Source: Mobula hypostoma | Lineage: Eukaryota | Length of the DNA: 64,000 bases | Assembly: GCF_963921235.1 (NCBI RefSeq) | Contig: NC_086097.1 | Coordinates: forward strand, 136,340,001-136,404,000 | Direction of reading: 5' to 3' | Shown: piece by piece, positions 1 to 11,589 of the stretch | Layout: every line of letters begins with the position of its first letter | How positions within the stretch are numbered: the stretch's first letter is position 1 | Notes under the pieces: model-generated | What the model was told of the DNA's origin: nothing | Databases searched by the model: none | Seen by the model: the letters and a program-made list of their open reading frames with translations, nothing else | Program-made: the position numbers and the translations under genes

Positions 1-300
1 GAACCAGAGGCCACAGTTTGAGATTAAGGGGTAGGCCATTTAGAATGGAGCTGAGGAAAAACTTTTTCACACAGAGAGCTGTGGATCTGTGGAATGCTCT
101 GCCTCAGAAGGCAGTGGAGATCAATTCTCTGGATGCTTTCAAGAAAGAGTTAGATAGAGCTTTTAAAGATAGTGGAGTCAAGGGATATGGGGAGAAGGCA
201 GGAACGGGGTACTGATTGTGGATGATCAGCCATGATCACAGTGAATGGTGGTGCTGGCTCAAAGGGCCGAATGGCCTACTCCTGCACCTATTGTCTATTG
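1..300 (+). mobile_element. CR1 LINE 3' end (ORF2 C-terminus plus 3'UTR)
   Basis: ORF 18-215 reads FRMELRKNFFTQRAVDLWNALP...FKKELD, the CR1 ORF2 C-terminus. The 3'UTR ends gggccgaatggcctactcctgcacctattgtctattg. Confidence 0.92.
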
Positions 301-746
301 ACATGCGCTCCTGCATATCACTGTTGTAATACGTGGTTATATGAGTTAATGTTGCCTTCCCGTCAGTCTGAAACAGTCTGGCCGTTCTCCTCTGACCTCT
401 CTCATTAACAAGGCATTTTTGCCCACAGAACTGCCACTCACTGGATTTTTTTGTGTTCTTGCACAATTCTCTGTAAACTCTAAACATACTTGTGTGTAAA
501 TCCAAGGAGGTCAGCGGTTTCTGAGATACATAAACCACTCCCTCTAGCAACAACAATCATTCCATGGTCAAAGTCACTTAGATCACATTTCTTTTCCTTT
601 CAGATGTTTGGTCTGAACTTCGACTGAACCTCTTAAATATGTCTGCATGATCTTATGCATTGAGTTGCTGCCGTATGATTGGCCAATTAGACATACGCAT
701 TAATGAGTAGGTGTGCAGGTGTACCTAATAAAGTGTCACTGAGTGT
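301..746 (-). mobile_element. Tc1/mariner-like DNA transposon fragment with one terminus
   Basis: Minus ORF 236-556 contains CGQKCLVNERGQRRTARLFQTDGKATLTHITTYYN, resembling a Tc1 transposase N-terminus. It ends in aggtgtacctaataaagtgtcactgagtgt, a Tc1-type terminus. A related copy lies at about 59285-60405. Confidence 0.75.
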
Positions 747-2240
747 TTGCACGTAGCCTAACAGGTAAGGCAGACAAGCTGAGGGTGTGGATTGATTCGA
801 GGGACTGGGATATTGTAACCAGAACAGAAATGTGGCTGAGAGGAGGGCAGGACTGGAAGAGCTATGTCCCAGGATACCACTACTTAAAGGCTGATTTATA
901 CTTCTGCGTCAACTTGACGCCGTAACCTACGCAAGTAGCCTACGCGCGTTGTGAGCATTTATACTTGTGCGTTGGTGTGTCTGCGTCGCTCTGCAATTCA
1001 TGTACGTCACGCATGCGCACACACCTGCCCGTGCAAGGCTTTATGGTCATGGTAGTCTTTCTCAGTGTAAACAAGAAGTGAGCATCTTTTTTCGTAAAAG
1101 CAAAATGTATCCTCCATAATTTCGGAGGTCTATAAAGTTTTATGGAAAGCATTGCAGCCAGAGTTCCTTCCCTGCCCTTCAGTCGTCCAATGGGAAGCTA
1201 TTGCAGCGTAGGATGAAATGCGATGCTACTAAGTGGACCAATCACAGCTGTTGCGTTCTGCGTTGCCACGACGCGTAGTTACATTTTGGGAGAGGTGCGC
1301 GCCAGGCTATGGCGTAGGGATCCACGTAGGCTCTGCGTAGGGTTCGTGACGACGCTGCATGTACGGCATTGATTTGATGCAGAAGTATAAATCAGTCTTT
1401 AGTGTGACGAAAGAACAGGTAAGGGGGGAAAACATTACAGCGCTGTTTAAAGAGATAGTCAAGTCTAAGGAGGATATTGGGTTGAAGTTAAAAGTAAGAA
1501 GGGGATGGTCACCTTGGTAGGGCTATATTACTGATACACCCAATAATCAGCAGGAATTTGAAGTGTAGATGTGTTGAGAAATGCACATAGTTGTGAGAAT
1601 AGTAGGGTAGTGTTAGTGGGAGATTTCAATTTCCCGGTATCAAACAGGGTCACCCACAGTGCAAAGGGCCTGGAATGGCAAAGCCTGTTCAGTGTATCCA
1701 AGACAGTTTCCTCACTCAATGCAGAGACAAACCTACACAGGAAGGAGCAGTGCTGGATCTCCTGTCAAGGGGCAAGGTGAGCCAAGTAACTGAGGTGGCA
1801 GTCGGGGCACACTTTGGGCCCGGTGATTATATATAGCAATTAGAAAAGATAAAGTCCACAGGTTAAAGTCCTGAACTGGAGCAGGGATGACTTTTGAGGG
1901 CATTAGGCAAGATCTAGTTGGGGTTAACAGGATGAATTTATTTAAAGGCAAAGGTACAAATAACAAGTAGGGGACTTGCAAAAGGGTCATTTCAAGGTGC
2001 AAGGACAGCATATTCCTGTTAGGGTAAAGGGTAGACATGCCAAGTTCAGGGAACACGGAACGTGAGATGTCGAGGCTTTGGTAATGATAAAGAAGGAAGT
2101 GCACACTGCAGTTAGTCAGTACAAGTGAATCCTTAAATGAATATAAACATTTAATACCAGTTTTAAGAGGGAAAACAGGAGGTCAGAAAGGTGTGAGATG
2201 GATTTGGTGGGCGTGGTTTGATATAATCCCAAGTGGTTCA
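747..2240 (+). mobile_element. Degenerate CR1 ORF2 endonuclease region, split by a MITE
   Basis: APE-like remnants ARSLTGKADKLRVWI..WDIVTRTEMWL (743-880) and VVLVGDFNFP (1571-1780), with many frameshifts. Confidence 0.75.
886..1400. mobile_element. Non-autonomous DNA transposon (MITE), PIF/Harbinger-like
   Basis: 27-bp TIRs: aaaggctgatttatacttctgcgtcaa (886-) and ttgatgcagaagtataaatcagtcttt (-1400), 2 mismatches. TAA/TTA context at the ends. Subterminal cctacgc/gcgtagg repeats. No coding capacity. Confidence 0.8.
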
Positions 2241-2269
2241 AAATCAGAATTGGGATCTGATACCTGGTT

Positions 2270-3100
2270 CTGACTGGCAAGACTGAGACAGGTTGGGAGA
2301 ATGGGCAAAGAAGTAGCAGATAGAATATAGGGAAGTGTAGGTAAGTGCATGGTCATTCACGTTTCTGGAAGGAATATAGGAATTAATTTCTAAATCAGAC
2401 GTGCAAAGGGACCTGGGAGTCCTCGTACAGAATTCCCTAAATGTTAACTTGCAGGTTGAGCTGATGGTAAGGAGGCAAAAATCAATGTTAGCATTCATTT
2501 TGAGAGGACTAGAGTAAAAAAGCAAAATGCTGGGGCTTTATAAGACGTTGGTCAGACCACATTTGGTGTATTGTGAGCAGTTTTGGGGCCTCTTTTGTAT
2601 GAGAAAATGTACTGGCATTTGAGAGTGTCCAGATGAGATTCACAGAAATGATTCAGGGACTGAAAGGCTTGTTACTCTGTATATAAGGTATGTTTATGGC
2701 TCTGGGCCTGTACTAACTGCAGCTTAAAACAATGAGGGGGGATTTCAATGAAACATATTGAATATTGAAAGGCCTAGATAGTGTGGATGTGGAAAGGATG
2801 CTTTCTATAGCGTGGAAGTCTAGGAGCAAGGGGTACATCCTCTGAATAGATCGACATGCATTTAGAACAGAGGTATGATGGTGAATCTGTGGTATTCATG
2901 TCACAGGCAGCTGTGAAGGCCAAGTCATAGGATACATTTAAGGAGGAGGATGGTAGGTTCTTGATTAATCAGGCCATCATTGGTGACAGGGCGAAATCAG
3001 GAGAATGTAGGTGGGAGAGATATTAAATCAGCCATTATGGAATGGTGGAGCAGACCCAATGGTCTCAATGGCCTGATTCTGCCCCTATGTCTTATGGTTT
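2270..3100 (+). mobile_element. Degenerate CR1 RT C-terminal part plus 3'UTR
   Basis: Matches the DLDRLGEWA, RDLGV and RPHLEYC regions of the intact CR1 at 7304-8824. CR1 tail ggcctgattctgcccctatgtcttatgg. Confidence 0.85.
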
Positions 3101-3221
3101 TCTGCTCTTTAGATTGTATGAGGAAAAAGAACTTTGAATGCTGAATATGTCAAAGTGCTGATTTTGACAATAACGTATTTCTCTGATTATCTAATATCAC
3201 ATATGCCTCTATGGCTTTTAA

Positions 3222-4170
3222 CTCCCAATACTGACTACCTTGCTAAGAAATGTCCACTCTCTGGTAAATAAAACCGAAGATCTCAGGGCTACGGCGCTGT
3301 ATCAGAGGGATGTCAGGACCATTTGCATCCATTGTTTCACAGAATCCTGGTTAACCCCTTCCATTCTGGATGTAGCAATTCAGATTGATGGGTTCACAAT
3401 ATACAGCCAAGATGGGACTGCTGAGTCTTCACGACTGCTTCATGATCAACTCTTCATGGTGTACAAACAGGGCAGTACTGTCCGCCAGATCTAGAACACC
3501 TCGCAAAGAAGTATTGTCCATTTTACCTGCCACGGGAGATTTCACCGATCATTTTGGTAGTGGTGTACATCCCACCACAGGCTCTAGACACAGACAAGCT
3601 CAATGCCTTTTCTGCTCGCTTTGAAACAGAGAATAAAACTACAGCCATGAGGAGCACCCGGTGACCCTGTGAACTCTGTCTCAGAGGCTGATATCAGGCT
3701 GTCTCTGAGGAAGGCAAATCCTTGCAAAGTGGTAGGCCCCAATGGAGTACCTGGTAAGGCTCTGAAAACCTTGCACCAAACAAATGGTGGGGCTGTTCAA
3801 AGACATCTTCAATCTCTCACCGCTACAGTCAAAAGATCCCACCTGCTTCAAAAGGGCAACTATTATACCAGTGCCCAAGAAGAGCAGGGTGAGCTGTACA
3901 TCCCCCTGCAACTGAATCCTCAACTTCCTAACTACAATCTGTGCGAATTGGAAATAACATCTCTACCTCGCTAGTAATCAACACTGACACCCCTCAGGGA
4001 TGTGTGCTTAGCCCACTGCTCTACTCTCCTTACACCCATGACTATATGGTTAGGCACAACTCAAATGCCATCGATAAATTTGCTGATAATACTAGCCTTC
4101 GTGGTATCCAAGACATCTTCAAGGAACAATGCCTCAAAAAGGTGGCATCCATCATTAAGGACCCATACGG
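3222..4170 (+). mobile_element. Internally deleted Rex1/Babar-type LINE (endonuclease plus RT remnants)
   Basis: NVHSLVNK..CFTESWL (APE domain), ANPCKVVGPNGVPG, and NTDTPQGCVLSPLLYSPYTHDY..KFADN (RT). Confidence 0.8.
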
Positions 4171-4206
4171 GTGCCCATAGCTACACCTTTAGTTTGGAGG
4201 TGCTAC

Positions 4207-5212
4207 ACCTGGTCCTTACCTATCACCCCACCAGCCTCCGGGTCCAACATATTATTCTCCGTAACTTCCGCCACCTCCAACGGGATCCCACCACTAGGCA
4301 CATCTTTCCCTCCGCCCCTCTCTCTGCATCCCGCAGGGCTCGCTCCCTACGCATCTCCCTTGTCCATTCGTCCCCCCCATCCCTCCCCACTGATCTCCCT
4401 CCTGGCACTTATCCGTGTAAGCGGAACAAGAGCTACACATGCCCTTACACTTCCTCCCTTACCACTATTCAGGGCCCCAAACAGTCCTTCCAGGTGAGGC
4501 AACACTTCATCTGTGAGTCGGCTGGGGTGATATACTGCGTCCGGTGCTCCCGATGCGGCCTTTTATATATTGGCAAGACCCGACGCAGACTGGGAGACCG
4601 CTTTGCTGAACATCTACGCTCTGTCCGCCAGAGAAAGCAGGATCTCCCAGTGGCCACACATTTTAATTCCACATCCCATTCCCATTCTGACATGTCTATC
4701 CACGGCCTCCTCTACTGTAAAGATGAAGCCACACTCAGGTTGGAGGAACAACACCTTATATTCCGTATGGGTAGCCTCCAACCTGATGGCATGAACATTG
4801 ACTTCTCTAACTTCCGCTAGGCCCCACCTCCCCCTCGTACCCCATCTGTTACTCATTTTTATACACACATTCTTTCTCTCACTCTCCTTTTTCTCCCTCT
4901 GTCCCTCTGAATATACCCCTTGCCCATCCTCTGGGTTCCCCCCCCCTTGTCTTTCTTCCCGGACCTCCTGTCCCATGATCCTCTCGTATCCCTTTTGCCT
5001 ATCACCTGTCCAGCTCTTGGCTCCATCCCTCCCCCTCCTGTCTTCTCCTATCATTTTTGATCTCCCCCTCCCCCTCCAACTTTCAAATCCCTTACTCACT
5101 CTTCCTTCAGTTAGTCCTGACGAAAGGTCTCGGCCTGAAACGTCGACTGCACCTCTTCCTAGAGATGCTGCCTGGCCTGCTGCATTCACCAGCAACTTTT
5201 ATGTGTGTTGCT
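4207..5212 (+). mobile_element. Penelope-like element, 5'-truncated: GIY-YIG endonuclease plus 3' terminal repeat
   Basis: LVLTYHP...PGTYPCKRNKSYTC...VIYCVRCSRCGLLYIGKTRRRLGDRFAEH...GMNIDFSNFR* (stop at 4820). Pyrimidine-rich 3'UTR, then a hammerhead-type terminal motif. Confidence 0.93.
5113..5148 (+). ncRNA. Minimal type I hammerhead ribozyme motif in Penelope terminal repeat
   Basis: agtc-CTGACGA-a-aggt(ctcg)gcct-GAAA-CGTC-gact. Stem I is agtc/gact, stem II is aggt/gcct, stem III is the palindrome ACGU, and the GUC triplet ends at 5144. Confidence 0.75.
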
Positions 5213-5412
5213 CTCAAAGCACTTCATCACAATAGATGTGAGGGCAACTGGGCAATAGTTGTTAAGGCAGCTCACTCTGCCCTTCTTGGACACTGGTATG
5301 ATTGTCTCCCTTTTGAAGCAGGTAGGAAACTCCAACTGCAGTGGTGAGAGATTGAAGATGTCCTTGGACACTCCTGCCAGTTGGTTGGTACAGGTTTTCA
5401 ATGGCCTACCAA
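5213..5412 (-). mobile_element. Rex1/Babar RT fragment
   Basis: Minus ORF contains LKTCTNQLAGVSKDIFNLS..PTCFKRETIIPVSKK..YCPVALTSIVMKCFE. Confidence 0.85.
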
Positions 5413-6299
5413 CTATACTGTTGGTTAGTTCAGTTATAGTTACAATCAAAGAGTAACCAAGCCATCGTAAAGACTATCAGGGCCACCTATCTGTGAAGCC
5501 ATGGGGGATGATGGCTGAGATTTTTAATGTCTATTTCTCAATGTTTGCTAAGGAGAATACCATGGATGCAAAGAAATAAGGGTAATAAGTAGTGAGGTCT
5601 TGGGTCATATATATATTACAAGGAAGAAGGTATTTGCAGCCTTGAAGCATTAAGGTGGGCAATACCAAAGGCCAGACCAAATTTATCCCCGGATCCTATG
5701 GGAGGCCAAAGTTGTTCTATTGTTCAAGAAGCGCATCAAGGACAGGCCACAGAAGCGCAGGCTGAAGAATCTGATCTCATTTGTAGGGAAATTACTGAAG
5801 GGAATTCTGAGGGAAAGATCTACCATCACTTGGATAGTCAAGGCCTAATCAGGAATTGTCAACATAGTTTTGTGTGATGCTGGTCATGGCTGATGAATCT
5901 TTTGGAGTTTTTCAGAGGTAGGTTAGGGGATCAATGAAGGCAGGGCATTGGCATTGGATTCGGGCAACACCGCGGCTTGAGGCCTAGTCCTTGACATCAC
6001 CAAGGCCACGCAGCTCCCCCAGCGTCAACCAATAAATCAATTCACTGGACTTGCAACATTCCACATCCCTAATGTCCAATGAGATCATGCGATAGCAAGA
6101 AAAACAACTAAGAAGACCACTCACTGTTAGACTGAGCATCTCCTTTGTACACTAATAGCTCAGACAGCATCACGGTCCACACCAAGTCCAGCTCCTTCAG
6201 CTTCTCTGCCAACGAGCAACTTGGTGATGGGATCGACCTGAAGAACTTCAAGTTCTTAATGTCCAGCAAGGTCTTGTAAAAATACATTTAAAAAAGACA

Positions 6300-6855
6300 A
6301 TATTTTCATCAACCGTGGGATTTAGTTCGAGAGCCATGAGGTAATGTGACAGCTGTATAAGACTTTTGTTAGACTGTGTTCAGTTCTGGTTGCTTCACTA
6401 CAGGAAGGATGGGGGTAATATTTGAATAGTACAGAGGAGATTTACAAGGATGTTGCCTGAATTGGAGAGTATGCCTTATGAGAATAGGTAGAGTGAACTT
6501 GGCCTTTTCTCCTTGGAGTGACAAAAGAATGATAGAGGTGTACAAGAGGATCAGAGGCATTGATCGTGTGGATAGACAGAGGCTTTTTTCCCAGGGCTGA
6601 AATGGGTATAGTTTTAAGGTGCTTGGAAGTAAGTACAGAGGGGATATCAGGCGTAAGTTTTTTTACACAGAGAGTGGTGGGTGCGTAGAATGCACTGCCA
6701 GTGACAGTGGTAGAGGTGGATACAATTGGGTCTTTTAAGAGACTCTTAGATAGGTACATAGAGCTTAGAAAAACAGAGTGCTATGCGGTAGGGAAATTCT
6801 AGGCAGTTTCTAGGCTAGGGTACATGGTCGGCACAACATTGTGGGCTCAAGGGCC
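6300..6855 (+). mobile_element. Older CR1 3' part; its tail resumes at 8914-8950
   Basis: CR1 C-terminal remnants. The 3'UTR ...gtgggctcaagggcc | tgtaatgcgctgtagatttctatg is split by the younger CR1. Confidence 0.8.
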
Positions 6856-8913
6856 ACAGAATAAATCAAGGAAGGTAGTGCACCCGTGGCTGACAAGAGA
6901 AATTAGGGATAGTATCAATTCCAAAGAAGTAGCATACAAATTAGCCAGAGAAAGTGGCTCACCTGAGGACTGGGAGAAATTCAGAGTTCAGCAGAGGAGG
7001 ACAAAGGGCTTAATTAGGAAGGGGAAAAAAGATTATGAGAGAAAACTGGCAGAGAACATAAAAACGGACTGTAAAAGCTTTTATAGATATGTAAAAAGGA
7101 AAAGACTGATAAAGAGAAATGTAGGTCCCCTGCAGACAGAAACAGGTGAATTGATTATGGGGAGCAAGGACATGGCAGACCAATTGAATAATTACTTTGG
7201 TTCTGTCTTCACTAAGGAGGACATAAATAATCTTCCAGAAATAGTAAGGGACAGAGGGTCCAGTGAGATGGAGCAACTGAGTGAAATACATGTTAGTAGG
7301 TAAGTGGTGTTAGGTAAATTGAAGGGATTGAAGGCAGATAAATCCCCAGGGCCAGATGGTCTGCATCCCAGAGTGCTTAAGGAAGTAGCCCAAGAAATAG
7401 TGGATGCATTAGTGATAATTTTTCAAAACTCGTTAGATTCTGGACTAGTTCCTGAGGATTGGAGGGTGGCTAATGTAACCCCACTTTTTAAAAAAGGAGG
7501 GAGAGAGAAACCGGGGAATTATAGGCCGGTTAGCCTAACGTCGGTGGTGGGGAAACTGCTGGAGTCAGTTATCAAGGATGTGATAACAGCACATTTGGAA
7601 AGCGGTGAAATGATCGGACAAAGTCAGCATGGATTTGTGAAAGGAAAATCATGTCTGACGAATCTCATAGAATTTTTTGAGGATGTAACTAGTAGAGTGG
7701 ATAGGGGAGAACCAGTGGATGTGGTATATTTGGATTTTCAAAAGGCTTTTGACAAGGTCCCACACAGGAGATTAGTGTGCAAACTTAAAGCACACGGTAT
7801 TGGGGGTAAGGTATTGGTGTGGGTGGAGAATTGGTTAGCAGACAGGAAGCAAAGAGTGGGAATAAACGGGACCTTTTCAGAATGGCAGGCGGTGACTAGT
7901 GGGGTACCGCAAGGCTCAGTGCTGGGACCCCAGTTGTTTACAATATATATTAATGACTTGGATGAGGGAATTAAATGCAGCATCTCCAAGTTTGCGGATG
8001 ACACGAAGCTGGGTGGCAGTGTTAGCAGTGAGGAGGATGCTAAGAGGATGCAGGGTGACTTGGATAGGTTGGGTGAGTGGGCAAACTCATGGCAGATGCA
8101 ATTTAATGTGGATAAATGTGAAGTTATCCACTTTGGTGGCAAAAATAGGAAAACAGATTATTATCTGAATGGTGGCCGATTAGGAAAAGGGGAGGTGCAA
8201 CGAGACCTGGGTGTCATTATACACCAGTCATTGAAAGTGGGCATGCAGGTACAGCAGGCGGTGAAAAAGGCGAACGGTATGCTGGCATTTATAGCGAGAG
8301 GATTCGAGTACAGGAGCAGGGAGGTACTACTGCAGTTGTACAAGGCCTTGGTGAGACCACACCTGGAGTATTGTGTGCAGTTTTGGTCCCCTAATCTGAG
8401 GAAAGACATCTTTGCCATAGAGGGAGTACAAAGAAGGTTCACCAGATTGATTCCTGGGATGGCAGGTCTTTCATATGAAGAAAGACTGGATGAACTGGGC
8501 TTGTACTCGTTGGAATTTAGAAGATTGAGGGGGGATCTGATTGAAACGTATAAGATCCTAAAGGGATTGGACAGGCTAGATGCGGGAAGATTGCTCCCGA
8601 TGTTGGGGAGGTCCAGAATGAGGGGTCACAGTTTGAGGATAGAGGGGAAGCCTTTTAGGACCGAGATTAGGAAAAACTTCTTCACACAGAGAGTGGTGAA
8701 TCTGTGGAATTCTCTGCCACAGCAAACTGTTGAGGCCGTTTCATTGGCTGTGTTTAAGAGGAAGTTAGATATGGCCCTTGTGGCTACAGGGGTCAGGGGG
8801 TATGGAGGGAAGGCTGGGTTCTGAGTTGGATGATCAGCCATGATCATAATAAATGGCGGTGCAGGCTCAAAGGGCCGAATGGCCTACTCCTGCACCTATT
8901 TTCTATGTTTCTA
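6856..8913 (+). mobile_element. Young 5'-truncated CR1 LINE
   Basis: Continuous ORF2 frame with a single stop at 7301-7303. 3'UTR ends in (tttctatg)n. Confidence 0.96.
7304..8824 (+). pseudogene. CR1 ORF2 reverse transcriptase (506-aa open segment of a truncated copy)
   Basis: KSPGPDG, NYRPVSLTS, YLDFQKAFDKV, GVPQGSVLGP, KFADDTK and RPHLEYC motifs. The in-frame upstream part is 6856-7300. The endonuclease domain is missing. Confidence 0.95.
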
Positions 8914-9569
8914 TGTAATGCGCTGTAGATTTCTATGTTTCTATGTTCTATAACACCAGTGGTTGGTCCCAGGAAAGCCGCTGCGTCTGAGTGCACTGCC
9001 ATTTTATCAGAAGTCTATACCTCCTGCTCGACGGTGGCTGTGTGAAGGTGGAATGGCACCCACGGTAGGGGTATTCGATGATGGATGTTGCCTTCTTCAG
9101 GCAGTGCCTCGAGTGGGTACTACTAACGGGTGGGGGGGAGGGATGCACTTGTAATGAATTGGGCAGAGTCCTTTACTCTCTGCATTTCTTCCTCATTTAC
9201 ATTCTGTCCACTGCTTGGGATACAAGAGGATGAAAAGATCTGATGCAGGGTTTTGACCTGAAATTCGACAATTCCTTTCTTCGCGCTGATACTGCTCGAC
9301 CTGCAGACTTCCTCAAGCAGATTGTTTGTTGATCCTATACTCATAGTTCCCACTGGTATCGTTCAATACCGAAACACTTCAGAGATGTTATAAGTGAATC
9401 TTTGAATTTTTTTCTCTGTCTACATGCGATCTTTTTCCCTCAGTCAGCTGGGAATCACTGACTTACATGACATGAAATTTGTTTGTTTTGGGGCAACAGT
9501 ATAGTGCAAAGACACAAAATTACTGTAATTTTTTTTAAATTGCAAGAAGCGGAATAACAAGGTAGTGTT

Positions 9570-9992
9570 TGTTGGAGCATTTTTTGGGGTTAGCACATAC
9601 AGCAAATAACTTCAGCAATTGCTCTCAGCCACCAGCCCTCAGATCTGAATATGAACTGTGGATTAAATCCAAAATGCAGCTCTGAACAATGGATCCCTCA
9701 GGGCAGTGAACCACAGTTAATTGGAAGACCAGCAGTGCAGATTTAAATTCATTATTTGGGTGTCTTTAGTGTGTGTATGCGAAGAGGAAGGTGTGAGGGT
9801 GGTGTGTTAGTTCAAGGGAAGTATTGTTAATATGGAACTTTAGCATATAAAATGCTGTGTTGTGTTGGGCCAAGCAGGCCTTTTACTCCAAACGGGGTCT
9901 CAATCTGATGCCTGCTCTGTCTCATTTTGTCAAATAAAGAGCTGCTTCATACCTACCAGTTCTTCTCTGCCCGTAACTTTGTTCACACAACA
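9570..9992 (+). mobile_element. Solo LTR (423 bp) with 5-bp TSD
   Basis: Begins tgttg and ends caaca. TSD gtgtt at 9565-9569 and 9993-9997. TATAAAA at 9846 and AATAAA at 9933. It interrupts a minus-strand Rex1-type 3' fragment. Confidence 0.88.
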
Positions 9993-10769
9993 GTGTTCAT
10001 GGGCTCATGGACTTCAGAAGTAGAATGGTGCAGGGAAGGAGCTGCCTTTGAATCATTGAGCGTGGGTCTTCAGCTCTTGTGCCTCCACCCTAATGGTAGT
10101 AATGAGAAGAGAGCATGCCCCAGATGATGAGGGTACTTAATGCCTCAACGTGGGATGCTGCTTTCCTGAGGCACTGTTTTCTTAAGATGGGGGGAGGTTG
10201 TATTGAAGAGGAAGCTGGCTGATGTCGTGGACTGGAGCCTCCCTGAAGTAGCTGCTTTGGTGTTCTGTCATCAGACTTTCTTCTGACAACAAGGTACCAC
10301 CTACCACATGAAAGATCCTTGTGTAAACATTTGCAGAAGAACATTAGAGTTCTTGCCAAATATTCATCCCAAAAATTAGCATAGACTAGAAACAGATTAC
10401 TTGATCATTAAACACATGGAATTGTGGATAAGGTACTGACAGACAGAGAGCCAAGTGGTAAACTGGAATCAGATAGTAGGAGTTAACAGGACTTCTTCCA
10501 AGCGCAGACAGTGAGTAATGGTATGCAACAGGATTTGCCGCTGGAATCCCAGCTGTTCATTATACTGCATACACCAATGATTTAGATGAGGAATTAAATA
10601 GCCCTAGACCACAAGCTGGGTGGGAAAGTAGATTATAAAATATATAACAAAGAATGTAAACCATGAGGAGGATGCAGAGAGGTTTCAGTGGGATTGGATG
10701 TGTTGAAGGAGAGAGGGCAGACGCTACATGGTGGCTGCAACTGATTCTGAGATTAACATATTCATTCCT

Positions 10770-11000
10770 TTCATTAGGACTATCAGCCCCTTATCTTTCC
10801 TACCCAGCTGGCTTCACCTATTGTCATCGTCGTCTGAACCCTTAGTGCCTAGGTGGCACATTGGGCCTCCACAAGGGTGCTTCAACTATCACCTTCCAGC
10901 TGTCCTTCTTCCCCTCTCCCCAGCTTTCTATTCTGGCATCTCCTACCTTCCTTTCCAGTCCTGAGGAAGGGTCTTTGTCCAAAACATCGACTGTTCATTA
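10770..11000 (+). mobile_element. Penelope 3' terminal repeat fragment (decayed hammerhead)
   Basis: ccagtcctgaggaagggtctttgtccaaaacatcgactg is homologous to 5113-5148. Confidence 0.7.
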
Positions 11001-11369
11001 GTATATTTAGAAGTTTTGTAAGCAGCCTGCAGCACATCACTGTGGCTCACAAACACCTTCTTGGACAATCCACCACACCATGGCCTTGCACCTTTTTGCC
11101 TGCCTGAACTACATATTCTCTGTAACTGTAACACTTTATTTTGCATTCTGTTATTGTTTTCTTGAACTCCTCATTGCACGATCTGATGAAATGATATGAA
11201 ATGAGGTACGCAAAACTGATTTTCACTGCATCTCTTACAATAACGAACCAAATTACCAATTTAAAGGGACAATGAGGTCATGTTGTATCTCCCTTTGACA
11301 ATCTGTTGCCATTGAACTATAATATGCATTCCTGCTTTTACTGGCAAATTGGATAATCTCACATTGACA

Positions 11370-11552
11370 CAAAAGATTCTGCAGAAGCTAGAAATCCAGA
11401 GCAATGCACACAAAATGCTGGAAGAACTCAGCAGGTCAGGCAGCTTCTGTGGAGGAAAACAAACAGTCAACATTTTGGGCCAAGACCTTCCATTAGGAGT
11501 ATCAGATGTTTATTCCCCTCCATTGATGCTGCCTGACCTGCTGAGTTCCTCC
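11370..11552. mobile_element. Two short Penelope terminal fragments in inverted orientation
   Basis: gaactcagcaggtcaggcagc (about 11424) is the reverse complement of gctgcctgacctgctgagttc (about 11528). Confidence 0.75.
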
Positions 11553-11589
11553 TACACCAACTCCTTAGCCACATTTTAAGCTGTATGAT

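Noticed and set aside
4002..4820. 272-aa ORF as a novel GIY-YIG nuclease gene
   Set aside because: It is a chance fusion of off-frame Rex1 sequence with a 5'-truncated Penelope endonuclease, and has no proper ATG start.
4614..5235. Pro/Ser-rich and Gly/Arg-rich ORFs
   Set aside because: They are low-complexity read-through of the pyrimidine-rich Penelope 3'UTR.
7738..8442. Antisense and alternate-frame ORFs conserved between the two young CR1 copies
   Set aside because: The conservation is explained by recent common ancestry of the two copies.
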